A stretch of 64,000 bases of DNA, taken from a bacterium. GTDB taxonomy: Bacteria; Bacillota_I; Bacilli_A; RF39; UBA660. Positions 55,570-64,000 of this stretch are shown here, piece after piece (the first letter of the stretch is position 1; every line of letters starts with the position of its first letter). The DNA lies in assembly GCA_963588075.1 (NCBI GenBank), contig CAVAGO010000001.1, forward strand, positions 15,753 through 79,752, read 5' to 3'. Under the pieces are notes generated by a model. That model was not told the origin of the DNA. It ran no database searches and worked only from the letters and a program-made list of their open reading frames with translations. A program made the position numbers and the translations under genes.

Positions 55570-57660
55570 TTAAGTTGTTTTCTTTTTGATAACAAATTCA
55601 TAACCAGCAGGAATTAAAGCTTTAATAGCATCAGCAATAGCTTTATCAACTTCTGCTTTAGTATAAGTATTTTCTACTGTTGGTACATTATCAAACTTAT
55701 TATTAATTTCTTCTTTAGTATAAACATTATTACTAAGTTCAGTAATTCGATTAGGTAAAGTTTCATCAAGTTTAACTTTATCAGCAGAAGACATACTACC
55801 ATTAGCAGTTTTACTAGCATTATTTAAAACAAGGGCAACAGTACTTGGAGTATTATATAAATTTGTATCATTATTTTTAATAGATTTACTATATACAATT
55901 TTAAGTCCTTCTACTGTTTGTTCAACTCTATCTAGTCTACTAACAAGTTCATTAGATAAACTATTAACAGTATTAGTAGTTTTCTTACCTTTACCACCAT
56001 CATAAGCAGTACCTGTAACTTCACCTAAAGCTAAAGTTTCAGATATAACTGAATATTTAGTGCCAGACCAACGATAAGTCTTACCGCTATGTTCAGTATC
56101 TTCACTTATATCAACATAAATTTTACCTTTTTCAGGAGTATAATATACAGGAGCATCTTCTATATACTTTTCAGCAAAATGAGTTTCGTCAACATAATAT
56201 CCTTCAAGAACATCATCAACATAACTAGGTAATTGACTTGATGGAACTTTACCATCTCCATCAAGACTAGCAATACCATTAGCTACTCCTCTTTTAGCTT
56301 CAATAGCTTCATTACAGAATTGAATAATCTTTTCTTTAATAAGAGGATAATTATCTATATTAGTAAGAATCTTCTCAACTGTCGCTTCAACCTTATTCTC
56401 AATAACAACTTTAAGGTTAGGATGATTATCAATATTATCAAAGATATTTTCTATATTACCTTTAATAACATTAAGTAGTTCAGTAAAATTATTAATATGT
56501 TCAAATATATAAGTAACTCTAGCTTCTACTTTAGTTTCAATAAGATTCTTAAGAATAGGAAATCTATCAATATTATTAAATATATATTCAGTTCTACTGT
56601 TTACAGCATTATTAATACATGTAACAAGAGAAGGATAATTATTAATATTAGCAAATATATTCTGAACACAATTACAAACTAAATCAGAAAGGATACCAAT
56701 AAGTTCAGGATAATTATTAATATTATTAAATATATAATCTACTCGTTCATTAACATTATTCTGAATAGTTTCTTGTAATTCTGGATATTGACCTATATTC
56801 TTAAATATATCAACTACTTTGTTAATAGTATTATTAATAATAAGATTCTTAATATTAGGATAACTATCAATATTATCAAATATATTATTAATAGTAGTTT
56901 CTACATGAGAATTAATAGCATTAGTAATAAATTGACTAAGAGCAGGATAAGAAGAAATATTATTAAAGATGGTTTCAGTCCATTGTTTAACATATTCATT
57001 AAATATATTCTTAAGTTCAGGATAATCATTAATATTATTGAATATGTCTTTAACAATAATAGGTAAACTTTCAACTGTACTATTCTTAATAATATTAACT
57101 AGTTCAGGATAATTATTAAGATTGTTAAATACATTTATAACAAACTCGTTAATAAAACTAGTAATAACATCAAGAAAATCTTTATAATCACCTATATTAG
57201 TAAATATTTCTTCAAGAGCTTCAGACAAATCTTTAATAACAGTATCAAAAGACCATCCTTCCCAATTGTCAGGATTAGTCCAAGCTTCATCACTAATATC
57301 ATCACTATTATATCGTTGAGTCCAATTAACATTAGTTTCATCACGATATGTTATAATATATCCTTTACGACGATAAATTTTATCAAGTTTATTAACAGTA
57401 TCGGCAAAAGTACCTTCCCAAGTTAAATAAATACTATTACAAGCGGCAAGTATTCTATCTAATCTTGTTCCAGTTACACCATCAAAAATAGCTTGAATAA
57501 CAGTCAAAGGATAAATATTATATCTAGTATCAGTTTCTTCACAATACTTATCTAGTATATGAATCGGCATATTGCCTTCTTTATCACATTGAACTTTACT
57601 AGGATCAAAAGATTGGCAATTAGTACCAACAAAAACATTCTCTTTTAACATATTTACCAA
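55570..57660 (-). CDS. tail fibre protein with ~13 tandem ~24-aa repeats, 696 aa
   Basis: The repeat is IF.NI(N/D).YPEL...I...V...V... (about 56290-57210). The C-terminal part has GVANGIASLDGDGKVPSSQLPSYV, typical of phage fibres. Confidence 0.75.
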   Translation of the reverse strand: MVNMLKENVFVGTNCQSFDPSKVQCDKEGNMPIHILDKYCEETDTRYNIYPLTVIQAIFDGVTGTRLDRILAACNSIYLTWEGTFADTVNKLDKIYRRKGYIITYRDETNVNWTQRYNSDDISDEAWTNPDNWEGWSFDTVIKDLSEALEEIFTNIGDYKDFLDVITSFINEFVINVFNNLNNYPELVNIIKNSTVESLPIIVKDIFNNINDYPELKNIFNEYVKQWTETIFNNISSYPALSQFITNAINSHVETTINNIFDNIDSYPNIKNLIINNTINKVVDIFKNIGQYPELQETIQNNVNERVDYIFNNINNYPELIGILSDLVCNCVQNIFANINNYPSLVTCINNAVNSRTEYIFNNIDRFPILKNLIETKVEARVTYIFEHINNFTELLNVIKGNIENIFDNIDNHPNLKVVIENKVEATVEKILTNIDNYPLIKEKIIQFCNEAIEAKRGVANGIASLDGDGKVPSSQLPSYVDDVLEGYYVDETHFAEKYIEDAPVYYTPEKGKIYVDISEDTEHSGKTYRWSGTKYSVISETLALGEVTGTAYDGGKGKKTTNTVNSLSNELVSRLDRVEQTVEGLKIVYSKSIKNNDTNLYNTPSTVALVLNNASKTANGSMSSADKVKLDETLPNRITELSNNVYTKEEINNKFDNVPTVENTYTKAEVDKAIADAIKALIPAGYEFVIKKKTT

Positions 57661-60269
57661 GGATTAGAAACACGTTTAATATAATGTAAAGCAATAGTAG
57701 GTAATAGTTTATTAATGGCAAGATAATTTCCTGTCCAATTATCTGTACTAATTTGTTGCCACACCATTTCACCATTTCTACTAATATTAGGTCCAGTCAT
57801 ATACCAATTGGTATTTTTATTAATATTTAAATCCCAATAATTAGTTTTAGTAGTACCATAAGGATAAGTATTTCTACAATCTTGATCCAAAGATCTACCA
57901 TGATCATTTGCTCGCCAGTTACTAGGAACTACAACATGATGATTACCATCACCACATTTACCAGAACTAGCGGCAATTGCATGTTGATGTAATGGTAAAT
58001 CAGTACCACCAATATAAAAACCGTAAGCTCCAATATTTAAACCAGGAGTAGCAGGGTCATAAGTATCACCTACATTTTTAAGAACAGTACTCAAATCAAG
58101 AGTATTTTGTTTAGGATTATTATAAATATTAATACCACCACTTATATGACCCATAACAAATCGTCCTTGAGCAGCAGTATATATTTCCCAACCTGTTGGA
58201 GGTGTAGTAGTATCCCAAAGCATAATAGAACCAATAGGCATAACAGCAGCAATCCAAGTTTGTACTTGAGTAGCAGTTACTCCACCTGTTGTTCCTCCTC
58301 CACTACCACCTGAGCCAAATCCATCATTTACTAATTTATTTTTAATATCTGTATAAAGAGTATTAAAATCAACATCAAGTCTACTAGGTTTAGTTTCACT
58401 ATCAGCAAACTTACTCATAGTAAGATATTTACCTGTTCTAGCTTCACCGAGTTGAGTAGTAGACATAACATTATGAGTGCCATCTCCACCACTTCCTCCA
58501 CCGCCTTCAATACCAGCAATAATATCATTAATTTCAGACTTAGTATAATAATTATTAAGCATAGAATTAACAATATCTCTTACTTCTTGTTCGGTTAATC
58601 CACCGCCGCCAGAACCACCACCTGTAGCATTAATAGTAATAGTACCATCAGAGTTTTCAACAAAAGTAATATTAGTACCAGCTTTAATCATGTTCTTAAA
58701 CATAGAAACATAATTATCTTCAAAATATTGTTTATACTCATTACTTATGTTACCACCACTTTGGTCTATCTTATTAAGAATCTCTTCAATCTTATTATTA
58801 ATATATTGTTCTAGATTATTAATACTACCTTCTACACTACTATTTAAATCTCCAATCTTATTATAAATATCAGTAAATTTAGCGTTATATTCAGTAATAA
58901 GATTATCTATTCTAGTATTAATATTAGAAACTTCTTGTTGGAGATTACTTATCTGTTGGTCATGAAGTTCAAGATGTTCATTAATTTTTCTAAGTTCTTC
59001 AAGAAGCCAAGTATAGAACTTTTCCATTTCTTCTCTTAACTTCTCTAAGAAAGCTTCAAATTCAGCACGAGTAAGATAAACAGATAAATCAAAACCCATA
59101 CTTACCCATTTTTCTCCATCCCAAAACCAATAAAAATCATTAGTATAAGAACCACCCCAACCTGTAATTTCAACTTGTTTATTATCTTCGCCTAAATCAA
59201 GAGGATGATAAAGTATTTGACCTTTAGCCCAATCACCATCTAAAGATATAGTTTCTTTATCAAACATATCTTCTTGACGATAATTACTAAGAAGTCTACA
59301 TTTATTTAGTTTAACAGCTCCATCATATAATCTACCACCTCTCCAAAGAATTATACTATCATCTGGAAGTTCAATAGTTTGTCCAGCTAAACAATAATCA
59401 TATTGAAGTATATAAATAGTATTAGGCTCGTTAATCATATCTTGAGTAAGAGTATTAACACCACTAATCATATTCTTACGAAGATATTTACGAGCCTTTC
59501 CACTATAATCATTTGTATTATAGTCTTTATCTGCAAATTTAAGAAGATTATCAACAACAGTTAAATCTTCTTCATCAGCTGCATTAGTAATCTGTGAAGC
59601 AGTAAACATTTGTTTAACAGATTCACTAAGCATTTCAGGAGTAATCTGACCTTCAAGTATTTGAACAGCATTATCTTCAAAATACTGTTTAAGCACTTGT
59701 GCCATATAATTAACTACAACATTACGACGAAGATAATTATCTTGAATATTAATACCAAATTCATCAGCAACAGCACGTTCTGCAATTGCTCTTGGAAACA
59801 TACCACTAAAAGATTCTACAAATTTAGAACCAATTTCAGAATCAGCCTCAAGATGCCATTTCTTAGCATTATTAACAGGAGTTATTTCATCAAGAATATA
59901 ACTCTTTTTAGTTTCAATAACATAAACTTCACAACCTACTCCAATCTGTTCCCAAGTAAGAGCATCTCTGTCTTCCATTGTAGATACTACAATTCTAGCA
60001 GCTTTAAGACCTCTTTGAACAACAGCAATAAGTTCTAGTATTTCTTTCTTGAAAGTTTCATAATCAATAACTAAATCTTCTCGAAGTTTAGCAATAGGTT
60101 GCCAATACTCTTCATTAGATAAAGGAATACCAGCAGGAACAGCTTTACGAGATATATAGCTAGCATAGAAACCGTCATGAACTATACATAGTCTTTCATA
60201 AGGTCTATCATTCCATTGACCATTACAAGTAAGACTAACTTTACCAAGTTCTTCTTCTATTGTTTTCAT
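57654..60269 (-). CDS. tail fibre protein with coiled coil, Gly-rich linkers and C-terminal phage tail-collar domain, 871 aa
   Basis: PIGSIMLWDTTTPPTGWEIYTAAQGRFVMGH ... GGTDLPLHQHAI matches the Collar-domain pattern (G.I......P.GW..cdG). GGGSGGGG and GSGGSGGG linkers are present. Confidence 0.75.
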   Translation of the reverse strand: MKTIEEELGKVSLTCNGQWNDRPYERLCIVHDGFYASYISRKAVPAGIPLSNEEYWQPIAKLREDLVIDYETFKKEILELIAVVQRGLKAARIVVSTMEDRDALTWEQIGVGCEVYVIETKKSYILDEITPVNNAKKWHLEADSEIGSKFVESFSGMFPRAIAERAVADEFGINIQDNYLRRNVVVNYMAQVLKQYFEDNAVQILEGQITPEMLSESVKQMFTASQITNAADEEDLTVVDNLLKFADKDYNTNDYSGKARKYLRKNMISGVNTLTQDMINEPNTIYILQYDYCLAGQTIELPDDSIILWRGGRLYDGAVKLNKCRLLSNYRQEDMFDKETISLDGDWAKGQILYHPLDLGEDNKQVEITGWGGSYTNDFYWFWDGEKWVSMGFDLSVYLTRAEFEAFLEKLREEMEKFYTWLLEELRKINEHLELHDQQISNLQQEVSNINTRIDNLITEYNAKFTDIYNKIGDLNSSVEGSINNLEQYINNKIEEILNKIDQSGGNISNEYKQYFEDNYVSMFKNMIKAGTNITFVENSDGTITINATGGGSGGGGLTEQEVRDIVNSMLNNYYTKSEINDIIAGIEGGGGSGGDGTHNVMSTTQLGEARTGKYLTMSKFADSETKPSRLDVDFNTLYTDIKNKLVNDGFGSGGSGGGTTGGVTATQVQTWIAAVMPIGSIMLWDTTTPPTGWEIYTAAQGRFVMGHISGGINIYNNPKQNTLDLSTVLKNVGDTYDPATPGLNIGAYGFYIGGTDLPLHQHAIAASSGKCGDGNHHVVVPSNWRANDHGRSLDQDCRNTYPYGTTKTNYWDLNINKNTNWYMTGPNISRNGEMVWQQISTDNWTGNYLAINKLLPTIALHYIKRVSNPW

Positions 60270-60296
60270 ACATTCTCTAGGTTTACTAAATTCATA

Positions 60297-60323
60297 GTGT
60301 AGACCCCCCGTAGAGGATGGAAC
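60297..60323 (+). repeat. GC-motif copy, A-type, intergenic
   Basis: gtgtagaccccccgtagaggatggaac, within the 63-nt spacer between the stop at 60333 and the start at 60269. Confidence 0.9.
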
Positions 60324-60332
60324 ACATTCACA

Positions 60333-60860
60333 TTATTCATTATCATAATCAACATCACTAAGACTATAAGTTTCATTATATTCTTTGCCTTCTTCTTTCT
60401 TCTCCCAAAGTTTACCAGTTTCAGGGTCAACATAAAATTTAGGAGCATCTCCACAACTAACTATTGCATGAATTTTACCCTCTTCATCAACAGGAAGTGT
60501 AATAGAACCACTATACTGAACTTGTTCACTACCTTCATAAATAATATTAAGTTGACCTTTAATATATTTAAGAAGAGTTTCAGCAAGTTTATCTTGACCA
60601 AGTTGATATGCTGCCATAGCAGATTGAAACATATTCCAACAAGTAACAATATTTTTATTATTACCTTTACAAGTAGCAGAACAATCATTAAGCATATCAA
60701 GTCCATATTGTGCCATAAGAACTAATAGTTTATGATAAACACAAACATATTTGCTAGGAACAGTCATATAAACATATTGAGGACTAATCTCAACTTGTTC
60801 AGTTCCATTAGCTTTTACATAGACACCATTAACATAATTATCATCTATTTGTTCACTCAT
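60333..60860 (-). CDS. hypothetical protein, 175 aa
   Basis: Uninterrupted ORF with ATGA overlap to the upstream gene. Confidence 0.6.
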   Translation of the reverse strand: MSEQIDDNYVNGVYVKANGTEQVEISPQYVYMTVPSKYVCVYHKLLVLMAQYGLDMLNDCSATCKGNNKNIVTCWNMFQSAMAAYQLGQDKLAETLLKYIKGQLNIIYEGSEQVQYSGSITLPVDEEGKIHAIVSCGDAPKFYVDPETGKLWEKKEEGKEYNETYSLSDVDYDNE

Positions 60861-61096
60861 TCTATCATCAAGTTATTGTATGAATTAATAATTGATTTTT
60901 GTTCTTCGTCAGAAAGCAATTCTAAGGCTTCTAGTGCTTGAATTAAAATTTGTCCTTGTGTTAGTTTGCACCAATTTTTTTCGTTCAATGGGAAGCCTAA
61001 TTCTGCTATTCTCACCTGTTTTTCAGCCATGCTTGCAATGCGTAATTGCATCTCTTTCGATAGCTGTTTTGGATTACTAATATAACCTCTTATCAT
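60857..61096 (-). CDS. hypothetical small helical protein, 79 aa
   Basis: ORF with somewhat GC-richer codons than its neighbours. Confidence 0.5.
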   Translation of the reverse strand: MIRGYISNPKQLSKEMQLRIASMAEKQVRIAELGFPLNEKNWCKLTQGQILIQALEALELLSDEEQKSIINSYNNLMIE

Positions 61097-61105
61097 AATA
61101 TCATC

Positions 61106-61639
61106 TTATTTAAATGCTTTATTAATAATATAAGCAGTATAATCATTAACTCTAATATCAATACGCTTATTAAACGCAAGAATACGTTGATTAGAATCAA
61201 GATTTTTATTATAGACAATATTTATAATATCACCATAAATATCTTCTTTCCATTCTTCTTTCATATAATGACTAAGATAATCTTCATCACCACGATACAT
61301 ATTAAGTTTAGAATAAGTATCGTAATAAACACTATTAACTAAGTGTCTAGCATTATATTCTATTTGGTCACGATTACTATCGACATTATTAGTAATAATA
61401 GTTGAAGCAACAAATTTTGTACATTCTGATGCCGCATTATTTATAGCAATAGAAACAACAGATTTAGATTTTTCTCTATCTTTTTCAATAATATCTCTAG
61501 TAACTATGTTAAGAAGTTTGGCAATATCATCTAAAGGATTTCTTTTGTTATTATCAATTATCTTATTAATTATAAGATAAATAACAATAACAATACCGGG
61601 AATAAGACCTTGTTCAAAGGCATTTTGAATTAATTCCAT
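61106..61639 (-). CDS. hypothetical protein with N-terminal TM helix
   Basis: The ATG at 61637-61639 (MELIQNAFEQGLIPGIVIVIYLII) is preferred over the TTG at 61693. Confidence 0.55.
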   Translation of the reverse strand: MELIQNAFEQGLIPGIVIVIYLIINKIIDNNKRNPLDDIAKLLNIVTRDIIEKDREKSKSVVSIAINNAASECTKFVASTIITNNVDSNRDQIEYNARHLVNSVYYDTYSKLNMYRGDEDYLSHYMKEEWKEDIYGDIINIVYNKNLDSNQRILAFNKRIDIRVNDYTAYIINKAFK

Positions 61640-61750
61640 TTTTATAGATACAAGAATAGGGACTATCAGTATTAACAGTAATGCCAATACCAATAGCCCC
61701 TATTTGATTAATATTACCTAAATATTTACCTAATCAAGTCGGGTAACAGG

Positions 61751-62614
61751 TTATGCTTTTTCTTCAGTGGCAATAGCTTTAAGGATAGTTTCAACAGTTG
61801 CAATAGCAGCAGCTCCAGTTGGGAATGCTATTTGTACAATCTGATGAACAACTTCATCTCTAGTTTTCATTTCACGTGGAACAGCAAAACGAAGAGTAAA
61901 GATAGTATATCCAGCATCTGCACTATCAGGTTGTTTCAAAGGATTAAGCGGATATGTAGGATACAGTTCAGTATAAGTATCTCGATAAGTATATTCGATA
62001 CCAGCATCGGCAGCAGCTTTATTAGCCAAATCAGTAATATAAACCGCATCTCCATATGCAGGAAAACCAGTAGCTGTAACTGTAACACTAATACCAACTA
62101 ATTCATCAGCTCCAAGAATTTCATAATCAATACCTTTAGACTCAGCAGTTAAAGTAATTTTAGCATCAGCAACTGTTGCTTTAATACCATGACCAATAGT
62201 ATTGTTATTAATCTGATTAGCTAATTTCTGCGCTACATCATTTGCAGTCGGATTAAGACCTGTATGAATAGTAGCTGTCCAGCGATTACGTTCATTGAAC
62301 TTTAATCCTTTCTTCACAATCATTATAGAATAATCAGAATAAGCATTTACATCTCCGATAGTAAGATTAGCAGAGAAAGTAGTAGCAGCTTGATAAACAC
62401 CTTTAACAAAAGTAAGATGTTTCTTATAAGCTGGAAGAACTACTGGACCATTTGCTTCACGACCAAGATTAATGTAAAACTTATCGGTAATCTTAGTACC
62501 GTCAGCGTCAATCGTTTCTTTGCCATTAGCAAGATAAGTAAAAGCAACCGCTCCAGCAGCAAGAGGTAAACTCGCTCCATAAGCGACATTGCCCGCTAAC
62601 AAAAACTGTCTCAT
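61751..62614 (-). CDS. abundant structural protein, candidate major capsid protein (HK97-fold; tentative)
   Basis: 287-aa ORF with clearly GC-richer, biased codon usage, which suggests high expression. It lies upstream of the tail module. Ala/Thr/Gly-rich, with the helix ANDVAQKLANQINNN. No search was run. Confidence 0.45.
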   Translation of the reverse strand: MRQFLLAGNVAYGASLPLAAGAVAFTYLANGKETIDADGTKITDKFYINLGREANGPVVLPAYKKHLTFVKGVYQAATTFSANLTIGDVNAYSDYSIMIVKKGLKFNERNRWTATIHTGLNPTANDVAQKLANQINNNTIGHGIKATVADAKITLTAESKGIDYEILGADELVGISVTVTATGFPAYGDAVYITDLANKAAADAGIEYTYRDTYTELYPTYPLNPLKQPDSADAGYTIFTLRFAVPREMKTRDEVVHQIVQIAFPTGAAAIATVETILKAIATEEKA

Positions 62615-62633
62615 TTTTAATTTAATTTAGAGT

Positions 62634-63338
62634 TTAACTTTGTTTATCAGCTCCATTAGAAGTAGCACCAATACTAGCAAGATAAATCTGTACTGCACGC
62701 ATAACTATTTCCATATGTAAATAAGGAGGTAAATCACAATTAACCCAATCTTCTTCTCTATCTTCATCAAACTTAACTTTAGCAGGTTCTTTTATATAAA
62801 GATATTTAACTAATTGAGGTTTAACTGTATTATTACGTCCAGTATATATATCAACATTGATACCAGATTCATCTCCAAATATAGTAACTATCGGAGCATC
62901 TTTCGCAGCACGATTACAGAAATCTCTTAGCGTTTGACCTAAATCTTCAGCTTCAATAATTCTACAATCATAAATTGTCTTGCCATTATAACTAACTTGA
63001 AAGCCTGTATATAGCATTATTCCGTCGCTATCAATATTAATTTTATAAGGGTCAACTTCTGTTCCATTACCTGTAATATCTCCGCCGTTAACAGTACCCG
63101 CTGTGTATAAAGTTCTAAGAGCATTAACAGGACTAATAGAAGCATTTTGTCGAGCAACCTTATCATTATAAGGAACAGGTCCGACGTTTTCTACTATTAC
63201 ATTTCTAGCTTTTTCAATTATAGCAGCATTAAGACAAATATCTATATCTTCCATGAGAATAGCACGAACGGTCTGCATACCCATCTGTTGTGCCAGTTCT
63301 CTGAACGTCACGTGCATCTCCCCAATGTTCATAATCAA
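62634..63338 (-). CDS. head-module hypothetical protein, 234 aa
   Basis: Uninterrupted ORF with GC-richer codons and ATGA overlap to the upstream gene. Confidence 0.65.
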   Translation of the reverse strand: MIMNIGEMHVTFRELAQQMGMQTVRAILMEDIDICLNAAIIEKARNVIVENVGPVPYNDKVARQNASISPVNALRTLYTAGTVNGGDITGNGTEVDPYKINIDSDGIMLYTGFQVSYNGKTIYDCRIIEAEDLGQTLRDFCNRAAKDAPIVTIFGDESGINVDIYTGRNNTVKPQLVKYLYIKEPAKVKFDEDREEDWVNCDLPPYLHMEIVMRAVQIYLASIGATSNGADKQS

Positions 63339-63985
63339 ATGTTTTTAAGTTTATTTTTATAAGCACTAACAAGAGCACTATTGGTAGGATTCTTAAACCA
63401 TGTAACAGCTTCCTTAACATTAGCACCAATGAACTCACCATCAGGAGTGGTAATATTCTGATTATGAATTGCTCTGATAAATTCTCCACGAGAAATAAGA
63501 ACCTCAATTAAAGATTTAATAGTAATATCTTTATCATTGCAAAGTTTATTAAACTTAGCAGGTTCATTTGTACTAAATTTATCAAGATGAGTTTGTTTAT
63601 CGACAGTATCCATAGCCATACCATTAGGAATATTAATATTATTGGCAACACAGTATTGAATAAATACAGCATCAAACAAATCACTATTCGTGAGAAGTTT
63701 AACATAATTGCCTTTAGCAGAATTAATTTCCTGACGATGTTTAGCAAGACGCTCAGCTTCTCTTTGGTCATCTTTAAAATAAAATCTAATAGATGGGTCA
63801 GAATTAATAAGAGCAATATCTTTAGCTACATCTTTATATAATAAACAATGACGATAAATTAGATAATCATCAAGAACAATAGGATAACCATATTTATACT
63901 TTTCACTTTCAAGAAGATTTAACTTAGTAATCTTAGCTTCAAGAGCTTCTCTAAGTTCTTTAACTCCTTTACGGTCACTATTCAT
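63335..63985 (-). CDS. head-module hypothetical protein, 216 aa
   Basis: Uninterrupted ORF. The sequence upstream (63986-64000) continues coding-like to the window edge. Confidence 0.65.
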   Translation of the reverse strand: MNSDRKGVKELREALEAKITKLNLLESEKYKYGYPIVLDDYLIYRHCLLYKDVAKDIALINSDPSIRFYFKDDQREAERLAKHRQEINSAKGNYVKLLTNSDLFDAVFIQYCVANNINIPNGMAMDTVDKQTHLDKFSTNEPAKFNKLCNDKDITIKSLIEVLISRGEFIRAIHNQNITTPDGEFIGANVKEAVTWFKNPTNSALVSAYKNKLKNI

Positions 63986-64000
63986 ATAAGCAGTTTCAAT

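Noticed and set aside
12145-60038. Numerous 60-190 aa ORFs antisense to or overlapping the large genes (for example 12145..12471, 18403..18972, 28121..28429, 41932..42483, 59610..60038, 923..1369)
   Set aside because: Their products are I/F/N/K/S-rich low-complexity strings typical of off-frame translation of AT-rich coding DNA. They lie fully inside much longer, motif-bearing ORFs and have no independent support.
749-60323. Whether the repeated GC-rich motif is a CRISPR array or solitary CRISPR repeats
   Set aside because: The copies are irregularly spaced (0.03-6 kb), occur in both orientations and mostly lie inside ORFs. There are no uniform spacers or cas genes. I could not match the unit to any CRISPR repeat I remember, so a repeat-mimic (RNA anti-CRISPR) idea is possible but unsupported.
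60266-60454. 62-aa - strand ORF covering the intergenic motif at 60297-60323
   Set aside because: It overlaps the 3' end of 60333..60860 in another frame and is created largely by the motif (HPLRGVY). It is most likely spurious.
1-64000. Stop-codon reassignment (TAG or TGA recoding) known from some crAss-like phages
   Set aside because: ORFs of 4070, 1956, 1503 and 1083 aa are open under the standard code and gene packing is tight. The only broken genes are explained by frame shifts, not in-frame stops.
1-64000. Prophage or integrative features (integrase, att sites), or defence and anti-defence islands
   Set aside because: I recognised no integrase, recombinase, toxin-antitoxin or known defence-system signatures in any ORF. 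The window reads as contiguous lytic-phage replication and structural modules.

Overview
AT-rich (about 30% GC by eye, not computed) dsDNA phage segment with the gene content and layout of a crAss-like (Crassvirales) podovirus of Bacteroidales. A + strand block (1-11355) carries nucleotide-metabolism and replication-associated genes: ATP-dependent DNA ligase, dNMP kinase, ThyX, HNH-AP2 endonuclease, DUF932, dUTPase, thioredoxin-fold paralogs and RepL-like wHTH proteins. A bidirectional terminator (11359-11403) separates it from a convergent - strand block (11422-64000). That block encodes a 4070-aa virion RNA polymerase-like protein (DFDVD motif), four more large virion or ejection proteins, a run of tail-fibre-type genes (BACON-like repeat array, tail-collar domain, 24-aa repeat fibre), a holin-like protein and a candidate major capsid protein. 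The main finding is a dispersed 15-50 nt GC-rich motif family, core CCCCGT[A/G]GAGGATGG, with 21 copies in both orientations. Most copies sit in frame inside coding genes. Others form an intergenic hairpin (6351-6397) or a 171-bp inverted-repeat element bracketed by two terminators (9991-10161). The motif has a strand-asymmetric A/G dimorphism, so paired copies match (G:U wobble) only on the - strand. Other findings are a conserved ~125-bp intergenic module in 3 copies plus one possible diverged copy, three clustered frameshifts in tail-fibre-like genes (43.2-45.2 kb), and a sharply GC-rich recoded patch in the BACON array. No tRNA, CRISPR array, integrase or reverse transcriptase was found. 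All functional calls rest on motif recognition by eye, with no database searches.
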